A program made the position numbers and the translations under genes. DNA of 43,455 nucleotides from an uncultured Acidimicrobiaceae bacterium (GTDB lineage Bacteria > Actinomycetota > Acidimicrobiia > Spongiisociales > ZC4RG35): assembly GCA_964608055.1 (NCBI GenBank), contig CAZSMJ010000004.1, forward strand, positions 1 to 43,455. Reading direction: 5' to 3'. This document shows, piece by piece, positions 36,529 to 43,455 of this stretch (within the stretch, counting starts at the first letter, position 1; each line of letters opens with the position of its first letter). The notes under the pieces are model-generated. The model ran no database searches and was not told where the DNA came from. It saw only the letters and a program-made list of their open reading frames with translations.

Positions 36529-37422
36529 GTGAGCCCTCCGCCCGCGGCCCCTTTCGGGCACGTTGCCACCGCCATGATCACCCCATTCACCGATTCAGGG
36601 GCTGTCGATCACGAGAGAGCATGGCGTCTGGCTCGTCACCTCTCTGACCACGGTTCGCAAGCTCTGGTGGTCACCGGGACCACCGGGGAGTCGCCGACGC
36701 TGAGCGACGCAGAGAAACTCGCTCTATACAAAACCGTGGTCGACGCGGTCAAGGAGAAAGACACTTTCGTGATCGCCGGAACCGGCAGCAACAACACCGC
36801 CGAGTCGATCGAGTTGACCGGGAAGGCCGGCGAAATCGGTTGTGACGGGGTGCTGGCGGTGACTCCCTATTACAACAAGCCAGGCCAGTCCGGGCTGATC
36901 GCCCACTTCATCGCTATCGCGGACGTCGGGTTGCCGGTGATGCTCTACAACATCCCGAGTCGGACCGGCCGGCTGATCGAGGTCGACACCCTGGACCGTC
37001 TCAACGAGCACGACAACATCGTGGCGGTGAAGGATGCAGTCGAGAACGTCGAATTCACCAGCCAGACGGTCAATCGAGTGCCGGACCTCGCGGTGTACTC
37101 GGGCCAGGACTCGCATACGTGGCCGATGATCGCGGTCGGTGCCGTCGGGGTGGTCTCCGTGATCTCTCATCTGGCGGGCCGAACAGTCGCCGCCATGGTG
37201 AAGGCCGCGCTCGCCGGTGACATCTCCGAGGCCCGCCGGCTCCACCACGAGCTCTTGCCACTTTGCGAGGCATGTTTCCTCGAGACCAACCCGACCCCGG
37301 TGAAAGGGGCGATGAATCGGCTATGGGAGCCGGTTGGCGATGTGAGGTTGCCGCTGGTCGCCGCCTCGGAGGAGACCCTGATTGCAGTCGAGAAGGCAGT
37401 GGGGGCCATTCAGGGACTATGA
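36529..37422 (+). CDS. dapA: 4-hydroxy-tetrahydrodipicolinate synthase
   Basis: TAMITPF, GTTGESPTL, TPYYNKP, LYNIPSRT and AVKDA; adjacent to rnj. Confidence 0.95.
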   Translation: MSPPPAAPFGHVATAMITPFTDSGAVDHERAWRLARHLSDHGSQALVVTGTTGESPTLSDAEKLALYKTVVDAVKEKDTFVIAGTGSNNTAESIELTGKAGEIGCDGVLAVTPYYNKPGQSGLIAHFIAIADVGLPVMLYNIPSRTGRLIEVDTLDRLNEHDNIVAVKDAVENVEFTSQTVNRVPDLAVYSGQDSHTWPMIAVGAVGVVSVISHLAGRTVAAMVKAALAGDISEARRLHHELLPLCEACFLETNPTPVKGAMNRLWEPVGDVRLPLVAASEETLIAVEKAVGAIQGL

Positions 37423-39053
37423 GTGTCTCTGTCACGTTCTTGGGGGGCCTGGGCGAGATAGGTCGTAACTGCGCAGCAGTTGAGATAGACGGCAAGATCG
37501 CGTTGATCGACTGCGGGCTGATGTTCCCCGAGGAGGACATGCTCGGGGTCGACCTGGTGTTCCCTGACTGGTCCTGGTTGGTGGAGCGCATCGCTGACGT
37601 GGAATGCGTAATCGTCACCCACGGCCATGAAGACCACGTTGGGGCACTCGCATACTTTCTGAGGGTGATCAACGTGCCCGTCTACGGGACCCGTCTCAGC
37701 ATGGAGCTGGCGCGGGGTCGGATCGATGAGCTCGGGGTCGAGGCCGATTTGCGAGTGGTGGCGGTGAAGAAGTGGATCGACCATGGGCCGTTCAAGTTCC
37801 AGCTGATACCGGTGAGCCACTCGGTGCCCGAGGCCGCCGCGGTCGCTCTCGACACCCCCGAAGGCGTGATCGTCCACTCGGGGGATTTCAAGCTCGACCC
37901 GACTCCGATCGATCAGGTGCCAACCGACCTGCCGGCGTTCGCCTCCTTGGGTCGGCGTGGGGTCCGTCTGCTGCTGAGCGACTCAACGAATGCAGAGAAG
38001 CCGGGCTTCGAGCCCTCCGAGAGCTCGGTGGGACGACCGATCGCCGACATCGTCCGCGACGCGCCGGGCCGGGTGATCGCGGCCTGTTTCTCCTCGCATA
38101 TCCACCGCGTGCAACAGATCGCCGATGCGGGGATTGCCGGCGGGCGCAAGGTCGCCTTCTTCGGCCGGTCGATGCATCGCAATACCACGGTGGCCACGGA
38201 TCTAGGAATTTTGGCCGTTCCCGAAAAGTCCCTGGTCGATATCAGCGAGTTGGGCCAGCTTCCACCTAATCGTCAGCTTCTGATCACGACCGGTAGCCAG
38301 GGCGAGCCCTTTGCTGCCCTTTCTCTGATGTCCCAGGGCCGGCATCGATTCGTCGAGTTGGACGAGAACGACACCGTGTTGATCTCGGCCAAGCCGATCC
38401 CGGGCAACGAGACCGCAGTCTCCAAGGTGATTTCCAACCTGATCCGGCGCGGGGCAACCGTGGTCCACGGCCAGAACGCCAATGTCCACGTTTCCGGTCA
38501 TGCCAACAGCGAAGAGCTCCTCACGTTTCTCAACCTGCTCCGGCCCCGAGCCTTTGTCCCGGTCCACGGCGAGTATCGACACCTCCATGCCCACGCCGAG
38601 TTGGCGCGCCGGATGGGGATCCACTCGGTCGACGTGCTCGAAGACGGTGACAAGGTCATTCTCAACGGGAAGAGGACGCTGGTAGAGCGACGGGCGGTGC
38701 CTGCCGGCTACGTCTACCTCGACGGGTTCTCGGTGGGCGACGTCCAGTCGGCGGTTCTCAGGGACCGCTCCCACCTGGCCGACGAGGGCGTTGTCGTGGT
38801 GACCGTCGGCATCGATCACGACACCGGGCAGATCCTCTACGGGCCGGAGTTGGACAGCCACGGAGTGATGGACGATGCAACGATCGTCCTGGAGAAGGCT
38901 GCCGAAGCGGTGAAGGAGGCGATCAGGGAGCATGCCTCGGGGCGGAGCGACATCGGCGAGTTGCAGAAGACGGTCCGGTCGGCTGCGGGCCGGGTCATCA
39001 AGGCCGAGACGGCGCGCAAACCGGTCATCGTGCCCGTCGTCTTCGAGTTGTGA
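37419..39053 (+). CDS. rnj: Ribonuclease J
   Basis: LGGLGEIGRN, THGHEDHVG, GDFK, SDSTN, GSQGEP, HVSGH and PVHGE. ATGA overlap with dapA. Confidence 0.95.
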   Translation: MSVSVTFLGGLGEIGRNCAAVEIDGKIALIDCGLMFPEEDMLGVDLVFPDWSWLVERIADVECVIVTHGHEDHVGALAYFLRVINVPVYGTRLSMELARGRIDELGVEADLRVVAVKKWIDHGPFKFQLIPVSHSVPEAAAVALDTPEGVIVHSGDFKLDPTPIDQVPTDLPAFASLGRRGVRLLLSDSTNAEKPGFEPSESSVGRPIADIVRDAPGRVIAACFSSHIHRVQQIADAGIAGGRKVAFFGRSMHRNTTVATDLGILAVPEKSLVDISELGQLPPNRQLLITTGSQGEPFAALSLMSQGRHRFVELDENDTVLISAKPIPGNETAVSKVISNLIRRGATVVHGQNANVHVSGHANSEELLTFLNLLRPRAFVPVHGEYRHLHAHAELARRMGIHSVDVLEDGDKVILNGKRTLVERRAVPAGYVYLDGFSVGDVQSAVLRDRSHLADEGVVVVTVGIDHDTGQILYGPELDSHGVMDDATIVLEKAAEAVKEAIREHASGRSDIGELQKTVRSAAGRVIKAETARKPVIVPVVFEL

Positions 39054-39093
39054 TCCGGGCGGCGACGGCCGCCGACCGGCCTTTCCTGGTCGA

Positions 39094-39241
39094 CATGCTG
39101 GTCGCGGCGGACTTTTACTATTGCCGGCGGACTTTGCCCTTCGGTCAGGACACCGATAACCACGGTTAGCCCGACCAAGCGGAACACACCTCGGGCAAAC
39201 AGACGCCGGTCCGCCGGGGCTACCGCCGCGTCACCAGCATG
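39094..39241. ncRNA. Candidate structured ncRNA or inverted-repeat element (~150-nt rod)
   Basis: Nested perfect helices of 9, 8, 9 and 7 bp plus an apical stem, in the rnj-ftsK spacer. Class not recognised. Confidence 0.45.
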
Positions 39242-39281
39242 CCACTAACAAATCCAATCACCATGTAGTGTTTCGGTACAC

Positions 39282-41561
39282 ATGCCAGGTAGGACACCCA
39301 CCCGAAAGGGCTCCACCGGGCGGAGACGGGTGTCACAACCGAGGAAGAGAAAGCCGCAGAAGGGCACGTTTCGTCAAAAGCTGGTGACGTCACGTGAATA
39401 TGTGCGGAACACCCTGGGTCGCCAGACCGATGACGTCTGGGGTCTTGGCCTCATCGTCCTCGCCATCCTGGTGGTTCTGGCATTCCTCGACAAGGCCGGT
39501 CCTGTCGGAGAGGGAATCGAAAGCGGGAGTCTCTTCCTCTTCGGGGTTTGGCGCTTCGCCGTACCGCTCGCCCTGGCTGGGGTCGGGGTGGCCCTCATCG
39601 TCGGAAAACCACGCGAAGGCGCACGTCGTCTCGTCATCGGAAGCATCGCCACGTTTGTCGGTTCACTCGCCCTGTTCCACCTTCTGACCGGGGCGATTGC
39701 CCTGATGCCCAACGTCGAGTTGGTCAAACAACGTGGTGGCGCGGTCGGCGCCCTGCTCGCTTTCCCACTGCGTCGGATCCTCGGGCATTGGGGTGCCTTC
39801 GTGGTCCTGGCGGCGGTGATGGCAATGGGGGTCCTGGTTGCCACCCACACCAGTGTCCGCGAGCTCTTCCTCGGTGTTGTCGAAACGATCAGGTCCGCAC
39901 GCCGCCTGGCCGCCACCACGGCCGTGGGTGGCCCAAATTCGCGCCTCGCCCATGTCGCAACGACCCCGCCCGGCGCGGCAACCCCTCCCCGGGGCAAGCA
40001 CGAGCGACCCAAACGCTCTCGTCCGAAGCCGGAGAAGCCGGTGGAGAGGTCGGCGCCGGCGCTGAAGCCCCCCGCTCCCACTGTGGTCGACCTGACCTCT
40101 ACGGGGTACAAGCTGCCGCCGCTGCGTCTTCTGGATGCGGGAACCGGTGGCGAAGTGAATCGTCGCTCCCTCGAGGAAACGGCACGACAGCTGGAAGAGA
40201 CACTGGTCCAGCACGGTGTGGACGCCACGCTTACCAAGATCGTCCCCGGGCCGACAGTCACCCGCTATGAGATCGAGTTGGCCCCCGGGGTCAAGGTGAA
40301 TCGGGTCTCCAGCCTTTCCCACGACATCGCCTACGCCCTGGCCACGCCCGATGTGCGGATCCTGGTGCCGATCCCGGGCAAGTCGGCGATCGGTGTCGAA
40401 GTCCCCAACAACAAACGGCGTCTCGTGTCCTTGGGGGACATCCTCTCCAGCCCAGAAGCCGCCATACCGGCCCATCCCCTGACCGTCGGACTCGGGATGG
40501 ACATCTCCGGTGACTCCAGGATGCTCAATCTCTCCGAGCTTCCGCACGTGTTGATTGCGGGGGCGACCGGGGCCGGGAAGTCGTCCTGCATCAACTCGAT
40601 CGTCACCTCATTGCTGATGCGGACTCACCCCGACGACGTGCGGCTGATCATGGTCGATCCCAAGCGGGTCGAGCTCGGCCAGTACAACGGCGTCCCTCAC
40701 CTTCTCACCAGGGTCATCACCAACCCCAAGAAGGCCAATGACGCTCTGAAATGGGCAGTCGCCGAGATGGATCGCCGTTATGACCTTCTTGCCGACGCCA
40801 AAGTGCGCGACATCGAGGGCTACCGGGAGAAATGGGAGGCGGGAGGCCTCGATCGTGATGGTTTCGACCGGTTCCCGTACATCGTGATTCTCATCGACGA
40901 GCTCAACGACTTGATGATGGTTTCCGGCCGCGAGGTTGAAGAATCGATCGTGCGCATCGCCCAGATGGCGCGGGCTGTCGGGATCCATCTCGTCATCGCC
41001 ACCCAGCGGCCGTCTGTCGATGTGATCACCGGTGTGATCAAGGCCAACGTGCCGAGCCGGCTCGCATTCAGTGTCGCCTCCCAGACCGACAGCCGGGTGA
41101 TCCTCGATGGCTCCGGCGCCGAGAAGCTGGTGGGGATGGGCGACATGCTGGTGGTCACCGCCAAGGAGCCCCGTGCCCAGCGGATCCAGGGTGCTTGGGT
41201 CCGTGAGAGCGAGATCCAGGCAGTGGTCGATTGGGTCAGGTTGCAGAGAGAGGCCGTCTACCAGGACCAGGAGGTGCTGGAGGTGGTGGCCGCCGCAGCG
41301 GTGGCCCAGGCCGAGGACGAAGGCGACGAGGACATGGTCCTGGCCCGGGAGGCCATGGAGATGGTCGTCCGCAGCCAGCTCGGGTCGACCTCCATGCTGC
41401 AACGCAAGCTCCGGATCGGGTTTGCCCGAGCGGGGAGGGTGATGGACATCCTGGAGCGAAGAGGTGTCGTCGGGCCCTCACAGGGGAGCAAGGCTCGCGA
41501 AGTGTTGATGACGGTCGAGGAGCTCGAAGACATGCTCGCGCGCGAGGCGGTCGAGGTCTGA
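39282..41561 (+). CDS. ftsK: DNA translocase FtsK
   Basis: N-terminal TM segments, GPTVTRYE, GATGAGKS, DPKRVEL, LIDELNDL, ATQRPSVDV and gamma domain STSMLQRKLRIGFARAGR. Confidence 0.96.
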   Translation: MPGRTPTRKGSTGRRRVSQPRKRKPQKGTFRQKLVTSREYVRNTLGRQTDDVWGLGLIVLAILVVLAFLDKAGPVGEGIESGSLFLFGVWRFAVPLALAGVGVALIVGKPREGARRLVIGSIATFVGSLALFHLLTGAIALMPNVELVKQRGGAVGALLAFPLRRILGHWGAFVVLAAVMAMGVLVATHTSVRELFLGVVETIRSARRLAATTAVGGPNSRLAHVATTPPGAATPPRGKHERPKRSRPKPEKPVERSAPALKPPAPTVVDLTSTGYKLPPLRLLDAGTGGEVNRRSLEETARQLEETLVQHGVDATLTKIVPGPTVTRYEIELAPGVKVNRVSSLSHDIAYALATPDVRILVPIPGKSAIGVEVPNNKRRLVSLGDILSSPEAAIPAHPLTVGLGMDISGDSRMLNLSELPHVLIAGATGAGKSSCINSIVTSLLMRTHPDDVRLIMVDPKRVELGQYNGVPHLLTRVITNPKKANDALKWAVAEMDRRYDLLADAKVRDIEGYREKWEAGGLDRDGFDRFPYIVILIDELNDLMMVSGREVEESIVRIAQMARAVGIHLVIATQRPSVDVITGVIKANVPSRLAFSVASQTDSRVILDGSGAEKLVGMGDMLVVTAKEPRAQRIQGAWVRESEIQAVVDWVRLQREAVYQDQEVLEVVAAAAVAQAEDEGDEDMVLAREAMEMVVRSQLGSTSMLQRKLRIGFARAGRVMDILERRGVVGPSQGSKAREVLMTVEELEDMLAREAVEV

Positions 41562-41635
41562 TTGTCTGACGTTGTGCGAACGGTAGAGCCAGGAGCCTGT
41601 GGTAGGTTTGGCCCCGGTTCAGCGACGAGCGAGAT

Positions 41636-42433
41636 TTGGAAGGGCCAGAGAACTTGGTTTTTGCACTTGGTGTGATCATCGCCCTGGCCGCGGCTGCCCG
41701 ATCCACCTGGTCCCCTTGTGGCCTCTCCATGCTCTCGACGATCACCCCGGTCACCGAGCAGGGACGGGGCCGTCGTTACGCCGCAACTGTCCCCTGGTAC
41801 CTGTTAGGCGCCCTCGCCGGGGGCGCCACCCTCGGTGGTGTCGCCGCCCTGGCCTCGATCCCGGTTCGGGCGGCCGACATCCCCGAAATGACGGTGTTGG
41901 CGATCATCGGCCTGTTTGCGGTAGTGAGCATCTTCTCCGACCTCGGAGTCGGCGGTTTCCAACTTCCCCGTCACAAACGCCAGGTCGAACGGCTCTGGCT
42001 CGATCATTACAGATCCTGGGTCTACGGCACCGGGTTCGGTTGGCAGATCGGTGTCGGGCTCGCCACCTACATCGTGACCACCGCGGTGTATCTGACGGTG
42101 ATAATCGCAATCCTCACCGGTTCACCCATCCAGGCGCTCACGATCGGTTTCCTGTTCGGCGGGCTACGCGGTCTGGCCATCTTCTTAGGCGCCGGCGCCA
42201 CCACCCTCGACAACCTGCACGGGCTGCACCGGAGACTCACCAGGTTTGAGCCGCAGTCGCGAGGTGTCATGTTCGCGATTCAGACGGCGGTCGCCACGTT
42301 GGCGATCGGTGAGGCCTGGGGGAGCCCGGCCGGCGGCGTGACAGGGGCATTGGTGATCGTTGTTTGTCTCTACACGATCCGGAGCGGGAAGACACCTGCA
42401 ATGGTGCCGGACCGGACCCTCACTCCCACCTGA
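41636..42433 (+). CDS. Multi-pass membrane protein, CcdA/MauF-like (WSPCG motif)
   Basis: RSTWSPCGLSMLSTITP, P.HKRQV and GFGWQIGVG, with 6-7 hydrophobic segments. Start uncertain. Confidence 0.65.
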   Translation: MEGPENLVFALGVIIALAAAARSTWSPCGLSMLSTITPVTEQGRGRRYAATVPWYLLGALAGGATLGGVAALASIPVRAADIPEMTVLAIIGLFAVVSIFSDLGVGGFQLPRHKRQVERLWLDHYRSWVYGTGFGWQIGVGLATYIVTTAVYLTVIIAILTGSPIQALTIGFLFGGLRGLAIFLGAGATTLDNLHGLHRRLTRFEPQSRGVMFAIQTAVATLAIGEAWGSPAGGVTGALVIVVCLYTIRSGKTPAMVPDRTLTPT

Positions 42434-42485
42434 CCGAAGCCCTCATTCTTCAGGTTTTCCGATCCCCATCTAGGCTCGCCGCCGA

Positions 42486-43455
42486 ATGTTCAGCCTGATA
42501 AATCCGGACGGGTCGGTCCGGGATCGCCTGCCGGTGACCCTCGAGGAGATGCGCGCCCTTTATGCCGACATGGTCGAGGCGCGCACCTATGACCAGAAGT
42601 GCATGGCCATGCAGCGTCAGGGGCGTTTGGCGACGTATGCGCCCTTCGAGGGCCAGGAGGCAGCACAAATTGGCGCCGCGGCTGCGCTCCGCTCCGACGA
42701 TTGGGTCGCAGGCACCTATCGCGACGCTGCGCTCATGTGGCGCGCCGGGTATCCGTGGGATCTGCTCATCGCCGGGCGCACCGGTGATGAGCGTGGAGGC
42801 AAGGCTCCGGAAGGCGTAAACGTGCTGCCACCGTCGATCACGGTTGGCGGCCACATGATCCATGCCGTGGGTTTGGCGTGGGGAGAGCGCCTCCAAGGCT
42901 CCGACCGCGTCGCGCTCACTTCCTTCGGCGATGGCGCGACTTCTGAGGGTGATTTCCACGAGGCGATGAACTTCGCTGCCGTCTTCAAGACACCGACTGT
43001 CTTCCTCTGCCAGAACAACCAGTTTGCGATCTCCTACCCGAGGTCGGAGCAGACCATGGCCACCTCGATCGCCGACAAGGCTGACGGTTACGGCATGCCC
43101 GGTGTGGAGGTCGACGGCAACGATGTCGCCGCGGTGTTGGTTGCCGTTCGTGAGGCGGCCGAGTCCGCCCGCAATGGCGACGGGCCGGCCCTCATCGAGG
43201 CAGTGACCTACCGTTTGGGGCCTCACACCACGTCGGATGACCCCGGTCGATACCGGGACGAGACCGTCGCCGACGCATGGCGGGAGAAGGATCCTTTGAT
43301 CAGGATCCGGATCCTCCTCGAGAAAGCCGGTGGTTGGACGCCGGAGTGGCAGGAGGAGTTGGAGACCCGGGCATCTGCGGCCATCGAGGCGGCGGTGGCG
43401 ACCGCGGAAGCCCTGCCTCTGCCCACCGTCGATGAGATGTTCGAGCGCATGTTCG
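42486..43455 (+). CDS. pdhA: 2-oxoacid (pyruvate or branched-chain) dehydrogenase E1 alpha subunit, 3'-truncated by the window edge
   Basis: Not in the ORF track; translated by hand. MQRQGRLATYAPFEGQEAAQIG, TYRD, ThDP motif FGDGATSEGDFHEAMNFA...CQNNQFAIS and TYRLGPHTTSDDP. Confidence 0.9.
   Translation, partial: MFSLINPDGSVRDRLPVTLEEMRALYADMVEARTYDQKCMAMQRQGRLATYAPFEGQEAAQIGAAAALRSDDWVAGTYRDAALMWRAGYPWDLLIAGRTGDERGGKAPEGVNVLPPSITVGGHMIHAVGLAWGERLQGSDRVALTSFGDGATSEGDFHEAMNFAAVFKTPTVFLCQNNQFAISYPRSEQTMATSIADKADGYGMPGVEVDGNDVAAVLVAVREAAESARNGDGPALIEAVTYRLGPHTTSDDPGRYRDETVADAWREKDPLIRIRILLEKAGGWTPEWQEELETRASAAIEAAVATAEALPLPTVDEMFERMF

Noticed and set aside
39257-39270. NrdR-box-like ATCACCATGTAGTG upstream of ftsK
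   Set aside because: Only the right half matches, it is a single copy, and TAGTGT is more simply a -10 hexamer.
42450-43450. Minus-strand ORFs at the window end
   Set aside because: They are shadows of the + strand E1-alpha gene, which the ORF track missed because it has no stop in the window.
1-43455. Prophage, integron, IS element or defence island
   Set aside because: No integrase, transposase, phage structural or known defence gene was recognised, and composition looks uniform by eye.

Overview
A GC-rich, gene-dense chromosomal window. F420 biosynthesis, luciferase-like (LLM) oxidoreductases, a mycothiol-dependent enzyme family, the dapA-rnj-ftsK gene order and many leaderless starts suggest an actinobacterium, possibly Acidimicrobiia (inference). 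It holds about 43 mostly housekeeping or accessory CDS: a DUF222/HNH fragment, Zn-ADH, an AroQ-hydrolase fusion, an ABC exporter, cofG/cofH, lhr, HD-GYP, LOG, a CobS/CobT-like AAA+/vWA pair, M16 peptidase, glpD, a Zur-type Zn ABC locus, RRM, cyclophilin, dapA, rnj, ftsK and a partial pdhA-like gene. I saw no rRNA, tRNA, CRISPR array, transposase or prophage. The most notable observations are: (1) an AAA+ ATPase whose Walker A Ser/Thr and Walker B Asp appear reciprocally swapped (GKD ... LNLSE), paired with an HExxH-vWA protein; (2) a CofH carrying a degenerate, cluster-less CofG-like domain next to an intact cofG; (3) a ~150-nt rod-like structured element between rnj and ftsK; (4) a 48-bp palindromic element present twice, 13 kb apart; (5) PafBC/RecA-NDp-type promoters in front of lhr and an unknown Zn-ribbon-like gene; (6) an ABC transporter apparently starting at ATC; (7) structured leaders upstream of the HD-GYP and RRM genes. 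All family calls come from recognising motifs by eye, not from database searches.
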